Shown piece by piece: positions 19,873 to 30,811 of a stretch of 64,000 bases of DNA (the stretch's first letter is position 1; every line of letters begins with the position of its first letter). The DNA is from Campylobacteraceae bacterium. GTDB taxonomy: Bacteria > Campylobacterota > Campylobacteria > Campylobacterales > BB28. The position numbers and the translations under genes were made by a program. Under the pieces are notes generated by a model that saw only the letters and a program-made list of their open reading frames with translations, had not been told where the DNA came from and searched no databases. The stretch is taken from the NCBI GenBank assembly GCA_016744535.1, contig JADGEE010000004.1, positions 917 through 64,916 of the forward strand, in the 5' to 3' direction.

Positions 19873-21678
19873 TTGAAAATTAGAAATATAGCGGTTATTG
19901 CTCACGTTGACCACGGCAAAACGACGCTAGTAGATGAACTTTTAAAACAATCAGGAACTTTTGCAGCACATCAAAAGATGGACGAGAGAGTTATGGATTC
20001 AAATGACCTTGAAAAAGAGAGAGGGATTACAATCCTTTCAAAAAATACAGCAATTATTTATAAAGATTATAAAATAAATATTATTGATACCCCAGGACAT
20101 GCCGATTTCGGTGGTGAAGTTGAGAGGGTTTTAAAAATGGTTGATAGTGTACTTCTATTAGTTGATGCACAAGAAGGTGTTATGCCTCAAACTAAATTTG
20201 TTGTAAAAAAAGCTATCGCTTTAGGTATTAGACCAATTGTTGTTATAAATAAAATTGATAAGCCTGCAGGTGAGCCTGATAGAGTTGTAGATGAAGTATT
20301 TGACCTTTTTGATGCAATGGGCGCAAATGAGGAGCAACTTGAATTTCCAGTAGTTTATGCAGCTGCAAGAGACGGTTATGCAAAACTTAATTTAGAGGAT
20401 GCAAACGAAAATTTAATTCCACTATTTGAAACTATAACTAAAGAAGTTCCAGCACCAACTGGAACGATTGAAAATCCACTTCAACTTCAAGTTTTTACAC
20501 TTGATTATGATAATTATGTGGGTAAAATTGGAATTGCTAGAATTTTTAACGGAACAGTCAAAAAAGGTGAAAATGTTGTTTTAGCTAAAGCTGATGGTGA
20601 AAAAGTAACTGGAAGAATTTCAAAATTAATTGGTTTTAAAGGACTTGAAAGAGTTGATATAGATGAAGCTCAATCAGGTGACATTATCGCTATTGCAGGA
20701 TTTGAAACTATTGATGTAGGTGATTCTATAGTTTGTCCAAATAATCCTATGCCACTTGACCCACTTCATATTGAAGAACCTACACTTTCAGTTGTATTTG
20801 CTGTAAATGATTCTCCACTTGCTGGAACAGAGGGTAAATTTGTAACAGCAAATAAGTTATCTGAAAGATTACTACAAGAAGTTAAGACAAATATTGCAAT
20901 GAAACTTGACCAAGTTGGTGAGGGGAAATTTAAAGTTGCAGGAAGAGGTGAACTTCAAATTACAATTTTAGCAGAGAATATGAGAAGAGAGGGGTTTGAG
21001 TTTTCTATATCAAGACCTGAAGTTATTATAAAAGAGATTGATGGTAAAAAATGTGAGCCATTTGAGCATTTAGTTATTGATGTACCTGATGAGCATACTG
21101 GTGCTGTTATTGAAAAACTTGGAAGAAAAAAGGCAGAGATGCAATCTATGAATCCTATGGGAATGGGTCAAACTAGATTAGAATTTGAAATTCCAGCAAG
21201 AGGACTTATTGGATATAGAAGTCAATTTTTGACTGATACTAAGGGTGAAGGAATTATGAATCACTCATTCTTAGATTATAAACCATTTAATGGAAATGTT
21301 GATAGTAGAATGAATGGAGCATTAGTTTCTATGGAAAAAGGTGAAGCTCTAGCTTACTCTATTTTTAATCTTCAAGATAGAGGAATTATGTTTATCAAAC
21401 CTCAAGATAAAATGTATGTGGGGTTAGTTATTGGAGAAAATGCTAGACCAAACGATTTAGATGTAAACCCAATCAAAGGTAAACAGTTATCAAATGTTCG
21501 CTCAAGCGGTGCAGATGATGCAATTAAATTAGTTCCTGCTAGAAATATGTCACTTGAGAATGCACTAGAGTGGATTGAAGATGATGAAATTGTTGAAATT
21601 ACTCCTGTAAATATTAGAATTAGAAAAAAACAGTTAGACCCAACAGTTAGAAAAAGATTGGCTAGACCTAAAAAATAA
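19873..21678 (+). CDS. typA: Translational GTPase TypA/BipA
   Basis: [40 protein letters not shown]; TTG start. Confidence 0.99.
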   Translation: MKIRNIAVIAHVDHGKTTLVDELLKQSGTFAAHQKMDERVMDSNDLEKERGITILSKNTAIIYKDYKINIIDTPGHADFGGEVERVLKMVDSVLLLVDAQEGVMPQTKFVVKKAIALGIRPIVVINKIDKPAGEPDRVVDEVFDLFDAMGANEEQLEFPVVYAAARDGYAKLNLEDANENLIPLFETITKEVPAPTGTIENPLQLQVFTLDYDNYVGKIGIARIFNGTVKKGENVVLAKADGEKVTGRISKLIGFKGLERVDIDEAQSGDIIAIAGFETIDVGDSIVCPNNPMPLDPLHIEEPTLSVVFAVNDSPLAGTEGKFVTANKLSERLLQEVKTNIAMKLDQVGEGKFKVAGRGELQITILAENMRREGFEFSISRPEVIIKEIDGKKCEPFEHLVIDVPDEHTGAVIEKLGRKKAEMQSMNPMGMGQTRLEFEIPARGLIGYRSQFLTDTKGEGIMNHSFLDYKPFNGNVDSRMNGALVSMEKGEALAYSIFNLQDRGIMFIKPQDKMYVGLVIGENARPNDLDVNPIKGKQLSNVRSSGADDAIKLVPARNMSLENALEWIEDDEIVEITPVNIRIRKKQLDPTVRKRLARPKK

Positions 21679-21692
21679 AAATTATAATTAAT

Positions 21693-21725
21693 AAATCTAA
21701 AGCCTATTTTAATGGCTTTAGATTT
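21693..21725. terminator. Intrinsic terminator hairpin between convergent typA and cbiET
   Basis: AAATCTAAAGCC-loop(9)-GGCTTTAGATTT, a perfect 12-bp stem flanked by A/T runs. Confidence 0.75.
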
Positions 21726-21758
21726 TTCTATATTCAATCCCCCAAATGACGAAAATTG

Positions 21759-22907
21759 TTATTTTTCAATCTTCACATAAAACATTAATCTCTCACTCTC
21801 ACTCATTAAAAGAGAATTTTTAAAATTTGTAATAGAGATAGATTTTATTTTATATTTTATATTTGCCTCTTCTAAAATAGTTATAGCTCTATTTAAATGT
21901 TTTAGTGTTACAAAATTTGCTACTATAATTCCATTACTATTTAATATTTTATATAAATATTTTAATTTATTGATAACAGCTTCACCACCTCCACCGATAA
22001 ATACTCTATCAGGATTAATATTTTGATTTAAAATATTAGCTCCCGCATCTCCTTGGATTACTTTTGTATCAATAACTCTATGTTTTGTGAGATTTTTTTT
22101 AATATCTTCCACTCTTTTTGGTTGTTTTTCAAAAAATAGTGTTTTTATTTTAAAGTTTTTATATCCGTCAATTCCAACAGAACCAGTTCCAGCACCAATA
22201 TCCCAAAGTAATAAATTCTCTTTTAATTCAAGTTCAAATAAAGATAGTCTTCTCTTATCTCTCTTTGTAATCATTCCATTATCTTGAAAAAATTCACTCT
22301 CTAAGCTAAACTCTCTTTTTAGCTTAAATTTTTTTTCTATTAATAAAACATAAGGTATTAAGTCTTTATCTAAAATATAATCTATATTTATCTCTTTAAT
22401 TATCTCTTCACTATAACCAAATTTAGCACCTAAAGTAATTATATAATCATTTTTATCTATAAAAAAAAGTGCCTTTTTTAAAATATTTAAGCTAAATTCA
22501 TCACATAAAATAAAAGTATATTTTTTATTAAACATTACATTTAAATCTATTTTTGTTTTACCGTGAAGTGAAAAAGTATCAACTAAATTATCATTAATTC
22601 CAAGTTTTGCAAGTAGATAATTTTTTGAAGATGTGTTATCTATAATTTGAAAAGAAGTTGTTAAATATTTTAAAACAATAATTGCACCTGAATAAAATAG
22701 AGGTGAACCACTTACAATATAAATTAAATTTTTATTTTGATTATTTAAAATAAACTCTTTAACTTCTTTAAAACTTCCTTGAAAAATATTTTTTTGATTA
22801 TTAGTATCAAAGTTTTTATCACAAATTATATAATCAAATTCACTTAAATTAATATCTATATTTTTTAAATCATAAGGATTCATTCCATTACCAATAATCG
22901 TAAGCAT
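21759..22907 (-). CDS. cbiET: Bifunctional cobalt-precorrin methyltransferase CbiE/CbiT (CobL-like)
   Basis: N-terminal IIGNG...SGSPLFY (CbiE-like); C-terminal MITK, WDIGAGTGSVGI, VFIGGG (CbiT-like). Confidence 0.8.
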   Translation of the reverse strand: MLTIIGNGMNPYDLKNIDINLSEFDYIICDKNFDTNNQKNIFQGSFKEVKEFILNNQNKNLIYIVSGSPLFYSGAIIVLKYLTTSFQIIDNTSSKNYLLAKLGINDNLVDTFSLHGKTKIDLNVMFNKKYTFILCDEFSLNILKKALFFIDKNDYIITLGAKFGYSEEIIKEINIDYILDKDLIPYVLLIEKKFKLKREFSLESEFFQDNGMITKRDKRRLSLFELELKENLLLWDIGAGTGSVGIDGYKNFKIKTLFFEKQPKRVEDIKKNLTKHRVIDTKVIQGDAGANILNQNINPDRVFIGGGGEAVINKLKYLYKILNSNGIIVANFVTLKHLNRAITILEEANIKYKIKSISITNFKNSLLMSESERLMFYVKIEK

Positions 22908-22915
22908 ATAATTTC

Positions 22916-24202
22916 CTAACCTAATTTATACAGTTTTTTTCGCTCACTTGAACTTGATATATTTAACTGTTTTCTATATTTAGTAATCGTACGACGAGAG
23001 AGTTTAATAGTGAATTTCTTTTCAATTAAGTCAAGCATTTTATTGTCACTCATAGGTTTTTCTCTATTTTCATCTTTGATAATCTCTTTTAAATAATCTT
23101 TAATAGAAGAGTTTGATAAGTCCTCATCAATAGCAGTAGAAAAGAAACCTTTTAGTGAAAATACACCTCGGTTACACTCTAAATATTTATTTGAAATTGC
23201 CCTAGATATAGTAGATTGATTATAATCTAAATCTTCTGCTAAATCTTTTAACCTCATCGGCTTTATATCTCCACCTAAAAAGAAATCGTATTGATGCTCG
23301 ACTATCATTAAACCTATTTTATAAACCGTCCCTTTTCTCATCTCAAGTGCATCTACTAAATCTTTAGCCTCTTTTAACTTACCACTAATAAACTCTTTTA
23401 TTTCCGTAGTGCTATTCTCATAATCACTTGCACTTTTTGTATCTATTTTTAAATTTGGATAATATTTATCATTTAAATTAATCTCTATAAATCCATCTGA
23501 AATATCCACAAAAATATCAGGAATTACCTCTTGTTCTTTTTTTAAATACTCAATTGCTGGTGGGTTTTTAAATTTTTTTAAAATAATTAAAGCGTCTTGA
23601 TAATTATCATCTTTTTTAAATTTGTGCATACTCTCAAAATCTTCAACCATTTTTGTAATTAAATTATAAATATCATCTTCAACATCAATATTATCTAATT
23701 GAAATATAAAAGTCTCTCTCACATCTTTTGCACCAATTCCAACAGGCTCAAGATATGCAAATCTACCTCTAATTTTTTCAAACTCTTCAAAACTGACATT
23801 TAATTTATCGGATAACTCTTGGCTATTACCCTCAAAATAACCCTCATCGCTTATATATTCAATAATTTCCATTGCAATATTTTGTGATTTTTCAGTTGGA
23901 AAGAGTGGATAAGCAATTTGTTCTTGAAGCATTTCATATAAAGATTTTTTATAAGTCGAAAAAGTTTCAATTTTATCGAATGTAGATTCTCTTTGATAAT
24001 ACTCTTTTCTTGAAGTTGCCACAGCACTACTTAAGTTTTTTTCAAATCCTGATTTAACTTCTAAAAATGGATTTGTCTCTTGAAATTTTTTAAATTCATC
24101 TTCAAGCTCATTTACATTTGATTGAAGTATCGGTAACCAACTCTTAAGTGTTGTAGAGAGTTTTCCCTTGACAGTAGTATAATTACTTTGTCTTAATTTC
24201 AT
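22916..24202 (-). CDS. rpoN: RNA polymerase sigma-54 factor
   Basis: WLPILQ region I, STISRAISNKY helix-turn-helix, SD..ML, SRRTITKYR RpoN box. Confidence 0.97.
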   Translation of the reverse strand: MKLRQSNYTTVKGKLSTTLKSWLPILQSNVNELEDEFKKFQETNPFLEVKSGFEKNLSSAVATSRKEYYQRESTFDKIETFSTYKKSLYEMLQEQIAYPLFPTEKSQNIAMEIIEYISDEGYFEGNSQELSDKLNVSFEEFEKIRGRFAYLEPVGIGAKDVRETFIFQLDNIDVEDDIYNLITKMVEDFESMHKFKKDDNYQDALIILKKFKNPPAIEYLKKEQEVIPDIFVDISDGFIEINLNDKYYPNLKIDTKSASDYENSTTEIKEFISGKLKEAKDLVDALEMRKGTVYKIGLMIVEHQYDFFLGGDIKPMRLKDLAEDLDYNQSTISRAISNKYLECNRGVFSLKGFFSTAIDEDLSNSSIKDYLKEIIKDENREKPMSDNKMLDLIEKKFTIKLSRRTITKYRKQLNISSSSERKKLYKLG

Positions 24203-24921
24203 AATTTAAAATTTTCCCCTAGGTAGTGAGTTTTAACGGCACTATCTTCATAAACCTCTTTAGCATTTCCACTTGCTAATAACCTACCACTTTTTATCAC
24301 ATAAGCTCTATCACATACAGAGAGTGTCTCTCTTACATTATGGTCGGTTATCAAAACTCCTATCTCTATTTTAGCTAAATCTTTTATAATATTTTGTATA
24401 TCAGCTACGGCAATTGGATCAACTCCTGCAAATGGTTCATCTAGTAATAAAAATTTAGGAGAACTTACTAATGCCCTTGCAATTTCTGCACGGCGTCTCT
24501 CACCACCACTCAAACTTATTCCAGCTCGGCGTCTAATTGGTTCAATATTAAAAAGCTCTAACAACTCTTCAATTTTATGTTCTCGCTTTTTCTCATCTCT
24601 AATTGCAATTTCACCTGCAATCATTAAGTTATCTTCTACACTTAAATCTTTAAATATACTTGATTCTTGTGGTAAATAACCTATTCCTATTTCAGCCCTT
24701 TTATGTAAAGGCTCTTTTGAAATATCTATATTATCAAAATATATTTTTCCACTACTAGCTTCAACTAATCCACAAACCATATAAAAAGTCGTTGTTTTAC
24801 CAGCTCCATTTGGACCTAATAATCCAACAATTTCACCACTTTTTACTTCAAGTGAAAAGTCGTGAATAATTTGCGTTTTTTTAATAATTTTTGATAAATT
24901 TTCAGCTTTTAATTTGTGCAT
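24199..24921 (-). CDS. lptB: LPS export ABC transporter ATP-binding protein
   Basis: GPNGAGKTTTFYM, YLPQESSIF, LSGGERRR, DEPFAGVDP, TDHNVRETL. Confidence 0.97.
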   Translation of the reverse strand: MHKLKAENLSKIIKKTQIIHDFSLEVKSGEIVGLLGPNGAGKTTTFYMVCGLVEASSGKIYFDNIDISKEPLHKRAEIGIGYLPQESSIFKDLSVEDNLMIAGEIAIRDEKKREHKIEELLELFNIEPIRRRAGISLSGGERRRAEIARALVSSPKFLLLDEPFAGVDPIAVADIQNIIKDLAKIEIGVLITDHNVRETLSVCDRAYVIKSGRLLASGNAKEVYEDSAVKTHYLGENFKL

Positions 24922-24962
24922 CTGCTTTACTCTTAAATTTTATATATAACTCTAATTCCAAG

Positions 24963-24971
24963 AGTATAGCA
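24963..24971 (-). promoter_or_regulatory. Extended -10 promoter candidate (TGCTATACT) for lptB-rpoN-cbiET
   Basis: Reverse complement of AGTATAGCA, about 40 nt upstream of the lptB ATG. Confidence 0.4.
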
Positions 24972-25005
24972 AAAAATCATATAATTTTAAAAATTAAATT
25001 TTAAG

Positions 25006-26499
25006 TTAATCCTTTAATTTTGCAATAGTGGTCTCTAATACCTCAATTACTCTATTTTTATCTTTATCTAAAGTATCAAAATTAATTGAGAGATTAAATC
25101 CATCTAAATTTTCTTTAAATATGTTTTTTTTATAATAATTATCACTTATCTCATAAGTTTGAATAGGTTGCTCAAATCCCTTAACTCTTATAGAATCTCT
25201 TTTAGAACAACTTATTTTATCTTTAATAAGTAGATAAGTCTCTTCTGAAATTAAAACTTCATTTACTCTAGCATTACTCTCTAACCTACTTGCTAAATTT
25301 ACATGTGAACCAATAATAGTGTAATCTAATTTACTGTCACTTCCAAAATTTCCGACTGTACAATATCCTGTATTAATACCTATTCTAATTTCAAATGGAT
25401 GAGAAATTCCATTATTTAGCCATTTATCTCTAAGCTCTTCCATTCTATTTTTCATTTCAATTCCCATAGATACACAAGCTATGGCATCTTCTTTTGTACC
25501 TTTAGTCTCTGGGTCTCCAAAAAATATTACAATAGCATCTCCTATAAATTTATCTATTGTAGCTTCATATTTTAAGGCAATAAGACTCATTTCATTTAAA
25601 TAGCTATTTAAAATAGTTGTTAAATCTTCAGGTTCCATATGTTCAGTTGTTTTAGTAAAATTTTTAATATCGCTAAAAAATATTGTTAATTTTTTTCTTT
25701 TGGCTTCAATTTTAACTTCTTGTTTTCCTGTAAAAATAGAATTATAGAGTTGAGGAGATAAGTATTTAGATAACTGTTTAGATAATTTTTTTAAATCGTA
25801 ATTTATATCTTTTAACTCTTTTGTTTTATCTTCAATAATCCTCTCTAAATTTACTTTTTCTTTCTCCATTGCCCTAATATAAAGCATTATTATAGGAATT
25901 ATTAGAGATAAAAAGAACAATCCTGTTAAAACAGAATTTAAAAGTTCTGTTTGTAATAAGTCGTGTATATCACTTATCTCTATATCAGCTCCGACTATAT
26001 AAGTTTCTCCATTATTTGATTTAAATGGAATAAATATTGAGCGAAAAGTTCCCCACTTATCACTACTCTCCTCAAACATAATTTTTTCTTTTTCAAAACT
26101 CTCTTTTAAAGTAGAAGTTGCATTTTTGTATAAATCAAAAAATTGTGTAATCTCTTTATCATCCCACTCTCTTTTTGTAAAACTAGAAGAACTAAATCTT
26201 ATATTATCATCTATTTTTATAAAACTATAAAGATATTTAACTCTTATTAAATTTACATATTTTGTTAATTTTTTAGCACTATTAATATCCTCTTTCTCTG
26301 TTCTTGAATTTTTATCAATTACATTATTATGATAACCATCACCTAAAATAGATGGAATTGCCGAGGCTGAACTTTTTAACTCTTTATCTATTCCTTCCAT
26401 TATATTTTGTTTTGTTTTTATATAAGAGTAGTAACCATATCCACCAATCCCCATTATATAGACAACTATCATTAAAAATAAAATCGTATGTTTTTTCAT
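25006..26499 (-). CDS. Membrane-bound class III adenylate/guanylate cyclase with extracytoplasmic sensor domain
   Basis: Two TM helices around a Cache-like region; IFFSDIKNFT, DKFIGDAIV, RIGINTG.CTVGNFGS..KLDYTIIG..VNLASRLES. ATG 26499 after AAGGGAG. Confidence 0.92.
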   Translation of the reverse strand: MKKHTILFLMIVVYIMGIGGYGYYSYIKTKQNIMEGIDKELKSSASAIPSILGDGYHNNVIDKNSRTEKEDINSAKKLTKYVNLIRVKYLYSFIKIDDNIRFSSSSFTKREWDDKEITQFFDLYKNATSTLKESFEKEKIMFEESSDKWGTFRSIFIPFKSNNGETYIVGADIEISDIHDLLQTELLNSVLTGLFFLSLIIPIIMLYIRAMEKEKVNLERIIEDKTKELKDINYDLKKLSKQLSKYLSPQLYNSIFTGKQEVKIEAKRKKLTIFFSDIKNFTKTTEHMEPEDLTTILNSYLNEMSLIALKYEATIDKFIGDAIVIFFGDPETKGTKEDAIACVSMGIEMKNRMEELRDKWLNNGISHPFEIRIGINTGYCTVGNFGSDSKLDYTIIGSHVNLASRLESNARVNEVLISEETYLLIKDKISCSKRDSIRVKGFEQPIQTYEISDNYYKKNIFKENLDGFNLSINFDTLDKDKNRVIEVLETTIAKLKD

Positions 26500-26640
26500 A
26501 TTTTCTCCCTTCTCTACCAAACATTAAAATTTACTATTATAGCTTATTTTATTTAGATGTTAATATGTTTTTAAGTGGTTATTTAGTAAAAGTAAAACTT
26601 ATTTTATAAATAAATTACTTTAATGATTTAGGGAGAATAT

Positions 26641-28152
26641 TTGTTCAATTTACAAAATTATAAAAATTTAAATGTCAAAAATGATATTTTATCTGGAAGC
26701 GTCGTAGCTATGGCATTAGTTCCTGAAGCAATTGCATTTTCACTAATTGCTGGAGTAAATCCACAAGTTGGATTATATACCGCTTTTATTTTAGGCTTAA
26801 TAGCAGCTCTAATTGGTGGAAAACCAGGAATGATTAGTGGAGCAACTGGGGCAGTGGCTGTCGTAATGGTTAGCTTAGTGGCAGAACACGGTTTAGATTA
26901 TCTTCTATGGGCTACAATTTTAGCTGGATTAATTCAAATATCCATTGGACTCTTTAAAATGGGGAAATTTATTCGGCTTGTTCCACAACCTGCAATGTTT
27001 GGATTTGTAAATGGATTAGCAATTGTAATTGCTACAGCACAATTTAGCTACTTTGAAGATGTGGTAATTAATACATTTCCATATTTTAATACTCAAGGCC
27101 TTATAATGGTGTCTATCGTTTTAGCTACGATGGCTACGATGCACTTTCTACCAAGATATACAAAAGCCCTTCCAGCTTCACTTGTTGCAATTATAAGTCT
27201 TTCATTGATTGCAGTATTTTTTGATTTAGATACTAAAAGAGTTGGAGATTTAGCAGATATTTCAGGTTCATTTCCATCATTTGGAATTCCAAATGCACCA
27301 CTAAATTTCGAAACACTACTTATTATTTTGCCTTACTCTGTTATTATCGCCTTAGTTGGATTAATTGAATCACTTTTAACACTTTCAGTTTTAGATGAGA
27401 TGAGTGGAAAAAGAGGAAGTGGAAATAAAGAGTGTATAGCACAAGGAGTTGGAAATACAACTTGTGGATTTTTTGGAGGAATGGCAGGTTGTGTAATGAT
27501 TGGACAATCTATTATTAATTTTACTTCAGGTGGATTAGGAAGACTTTCAGGAATTACAGCATCAGTATTACTTATTTTATTTGTAGTTAGTCTCTCTGAT
27601 ATTATTTCACAAGTTCCTATCGCTGTATTAATTGGTATTATGTTTATGGTAAGTATTGCCACGTTTGAATTTGCTAGTATAAAAAGAATGAAATATATGC
27701 CTAAAGTTGATGTCTTTGTACTTTTAAGCGTTACTGTTATTACGATTTTTGCAGATTTAGCAATTGCAGTTATTACTGGAGTTATTATGTCAGCTTTAGC
27801 TTTTGCTTGGAAACACGCTAAAATTTTTGCAAGAAGTCATACAGAGAGTGATGGTACAAAAGTTTATGAGTTAGATGGACCACTATTTTTTGGAAGTGCT
27901 ACAACATTTAATGATAACTTTGATTTCAAAAATGACCCTAATAAAGTTGTATTAGACTTTAAATTTGCAAGAGTTATGGATGGGAGTGGAGTTGAAGCGA
28001 TAGATAGTGTAACTAAAAAATATAGAGAGAGTGGAAAAACTTTATCACTAAGACACTTAAGTGCTGACTGTAAAAATATGTTAAAAGAGGCTGGGCCATA
28101 TTGTACTTACGAAGAGGATGACCCAACTTATAAAGTGGCGATTAACTATTAA
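26641..28152 (+). CDS. SulP family inorganic anion transporter with STAS domain
   Basis: VPEAIAFSLIAGV, GMISGATGA, ECIAQG, LDGPLFFGS, STAS DFK...MD.SG. Confidence 0.93.
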   Translation: MFNLQNYKNLNVKNDILSGSVVAMALVPEAIAFSLIAGVNPQVGLYTAFILGLIAALIGGKPGMISGATGAVAVVMVSLVAEHGLDYLLWATILAGLIQISIGLFKMGKFIRLVPQPAMFGFVNGLAIVIATAQFSYFEDVVINTFPYFNTQGLIMVSIVLATMATMHFLPRYTKALPASLVAIISLSLIAVFFDLDTKRVGDLADISGSFPSFGIPNAPLNFETLLIILPYSVIIALVGLIESLLTLSVLDEMSGKRGSGNKECIAQGVGNTTCGFFGGMAGCVMIGQSIINFTSGGLGRLSGITASVLLILFVVSLSDIISQVPIAVLIGIMFMVSIATFEFASIKRMKYMPKVDVFVLLSVTVITIFADLAIAVITGVIMSALAFAWKHAKIFARSHTESDGTKVYELDGPLFFGSATTFNDNFDFKNDPNKVVLDFKFARVMDGSGVEAIDSVTKKYRESGKTLSLRHLSADCKNMLKEAGPYCTYEEDDPTYKVAINY

Positions 28153-28159
28153 GATTAAA

Positions 28160-29239
28160 ATGTTAGAGAAATTTTTAAATAAGATAATACAAGGTGATTG
28201 CATAGAAAAATTAAAACAATTACCTGATGATTCAATAGATTTAATTTTTGCAGATCCACCATATAATTTACAATTAAATGGTGATTTACATAGACCAAAT
28301 CAGACTAAAGTCGCTGGTGTAGATGATAGTTGGGATAAATTTGATACATTTAAAGATTATGATGATTTTACATATCAATGGTTAAGTGAAGCTAAGAGAG
28401 TTTTAAAGAAAGATGGTGTAATTTGGGTAATTGGAAGTTACCATAATATCTTTAGAGTTGGAAAAATTATGCAAGATATTGGGCTTTGGATTTTAAATGA
28501 TATTTTGTGGATAAAAAGAAATCCAATGCCAAACTTTAAAGGTACAAGATTTACAAATGCTCACGAAACACTTATTTGGGCTAGTGAAAATGAGAAATCA
28601 AAATATACTTTTAACTATAAATCTATGAAGAGTTTTAATGACGACAAACAGTTAAGAAGTGATTGGTTTATTCCTATTTGTAGTGGAAGTGAGAGAATAA
28701 AAGATGAAAATGGAAAGAAAGTTCACTCTACACAAAAACCTCATGAACTTTTATATAGAGTAATTACTTCAACCTCAAAAATAGGTGATATAATCCTAGA
28801 CCCATTCTCCGGAAGTGGTACAACTGCATCTGTTGCAAAAGAGCTCCAAAGAAATTTTATAGGAATTGAGAAAGAAGAGAAATATATTAAAGTTATAAAA
28901 GATAGAATAAAAAAAGTTATCCCAATAGAAGAAAAATATTTATCATTAAAAATAGAAAACAAAAAACCTAGAGTTCCATTTGGAAATTTAATAGAGAGTG
29001 GATATATAAAAGTAGGTGAAAAATTATACTCAAAAGATAAAAGTACCTATGCAACCGTTTTAGCAAATGCCACAATTGAATTTAACAGTGAAGTGGGTTC
29101 AATTCATAAAATAAGTGCTACAATTTTAAATAAACAATCAAATAATGGATGGAACTATTGGCATATTAAACAAAATAAAAATTTAATTAGTATAGATGAG
29201 TTGAGAAATTTGTATATTAAAAAATTTGTGTTAAAATAG
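28160..29239 (+). CDS. Beta-class N6-adenine DNA methyltransferase, CcrM/M.HinfI-like (predicted GANTC)
   Basis: IFADPPYNLQL, NPMPNFKGTRFTNAHETLIWA, HSTQKP, DPFSGSGTT, and the CcrM-type C-terminal domain RVPFGNL...GSIH...NGWNYWH. Confidence 0.88.
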   Translation: MLEKFLNKIIQGDCIEKLKQLPDDSIDLIFADPPYNLQLNGDLHRPNQTKVAGVDDSWDKFDTFKDYDDFTYQWLSEAKRVLKKDGVIWVIGSYHNIFRVGKIMQDIGLWILNDILWIKRNPMPNFKGTRFTNAHETLIWASENEKSKYTFNYKSMKSFNDDKQLRSDWFIPICSGSERIKDENGKKVHSTQKPHELLYRVITSTSKIGDIILDPFSGSGTTASVAKELQRNFIGIEKEEKYIKVIKDRIKKVIPIEEKYLSLKIENKKPRVPFGNLIESGYIKVGEKLYSKDKSTYATVLANATIEFNSEVGSIHKISATILNKQSNNGWNYWHIKQNKNLISIDELRNLYIKKFVLK

Positions 29240-29250
29240 AGGGAAATTTT

Positions 29251-30804
29251 ATGACAAAACCATTAAGTAAATTTAGAAAAGATAAAAATAAGTATGGTCA
29301 ATACTTTACTCCTAAAATAATAGTTGATTTTATGATTTCATTAGCCAATATAGATAAAAATTCATCTATATTAGAACCATCATGTGGTGAAGGAATTTTT
29401 ATTGACGAACTTATAAAAAATGGTTATAAAAATATAACTGCTTATGAAATTGACAATAACTTATATAAAAATTTTAATTTTATTAAAAATGAAAGTTTTG
29501 TAAGTAGTGATATTAAAGATAAATTTGATTTAATAATTGGAAATCCTCCATATATTCGTTGGAAAAATTTAGAAGAGGAGTTAAAAAAAGAGTTATTAAA
29601 TAGTAATTTATGGAATGATTATTTTAATAGTTTATGTGATTACTCTTTTATTTTTACATTAAAATCCATTGAGTTATTAAAAGAGGATGGTCAATTAATA
29701 TTTATTACACCTGAGTATTGGTTAAATACTACACACTCTTTAACTCTTCGTAATTATATGTTAAAAAATGGATATTTCGAAAAAATTTATCATTTTAATG
29801 AAACACCAATTTTTGATAATGTAAGGGTATCTACAATAATATTTAAATATATTAAATCAAATAAAAAAGATAAACCTAAAGTTAATATTACAAAATATTA
29901 CTCTAATAGCAAATTAACAAATGATATATTAATTAATTTAAAAAATAAAGAATCAAATATTAATTCAGAGTCATTTAAAATTAATCAATTTAAAACAAAT
30001 GAGAGATGGATACTTGCAAATAATAAGATAAAAAATGAATTAAATATTTTTGAAAAATATTGTAAATCTCATACAATAAGAAATATTTGTCATATAGGCA
30101 ATGGTTTAGTAAGTGGATTAGATAAAGCATTTCAATTAAAAGATAATATTAAGCTAAATAATTATGAAGAGAAAAATAATATTAAAGTCATTAAAGCTAA
30201 AGATTTGAAAGCATATAAATATAATAACATTACTAAATATATCTATATAAATAATATAAAAGATGAAAATGAGTTAAAAAAGAATTTTCCAAATTTTTAT
30301 AGTAAGCTTAGTGAATTTAAAGAAAAACTAGAAAATAGATATCAATATAATCGTAAAATATACTATTGGGAATGGGTTTTTTTAAGAAATTTAAATCTAT
30401 TTTCAAAAAATGAAAAAAGAATTTTCGTACCTTGTAAAGAGAGAATATCTAATAAAAACTATTTTAGATTTGCGTTAGTTAATAAGGGGATTTACCCAAC
30501 ACAAGATGTAACAGCACTTTTTAAAAAAGATGGTATAAAAGAAAGTATATATTATATTTTAGCAATTTTAAATAATTATAGAGTTTTTGATTGGTTAAAA
30601 TATAACGGTATTCTAAAAGGTAATATTATAGAGTTTTCAGAAAAACCAATATCTTCTATTCCTTTTAGAGCTATTGATTGGAGTAATAAATATGAAGTAT
30701 CTATACATAATGATATAGTTACATTAACTAAAGAGTATATTCTTGATAACTCCAAAGAAAACTTATCAAAAATTAACAATAAAGTAGAAGAACTTTTTTT
30801 ATAG
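29251..30804 (+). CDS. Gamma-class N6-adenine DNA methyltransferase, cognate of the HincII-like endonuclease
   Basis: GQYFTP, LEPSCGEGIF, IIGNPPY; directly precedes the HincII-like REase. Confidence 0.88.
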   Translation: MTKPLSKFRKDKNKYGQYFTPKIIVDFMISLANIDKNSSILEPSCGEGIFIDELIKNGYKNITAYEIDNNLYKNFNFIKNESFVSSDIKDKFDLIIGNPPYIRWKNLEEELKKELLNSNLWNDYFNSLCDYSFIFTLKSIELLKEDGQLIFITPEYWLNTTHSLTLRNYMLKNGYFEKIYHFNETPIFDNVRVSTIIFKYIKSNKKDKPKVNITKYYSNSKLTNDILINLKNKESNINSESFKINQFKTNERWILANNKIKNELNIFEKYCKSHTIRNICHIGNGLVSGLDKAFQLKDNIKLNNYEEKNNIKVIKAKDLKAYKYNNITKYIYINNIKDENELKKNFPNFYSKLSEFKEKLENRYQYNRKIYYWEWVFLRNLNLFSKNEKRIFVPCKERISNKNYFRFALVNKGIYPTQDVTALFKKDGIKESIYYILAILNNYRVFDWLKYNGILKGNIIEFSEKPISSIPFRAIDWSNKYEVSIHNDIVTLTKEYILDNSKENLSKINNKVEELFL

Positions 30805-30811
30805 GAAAAAA

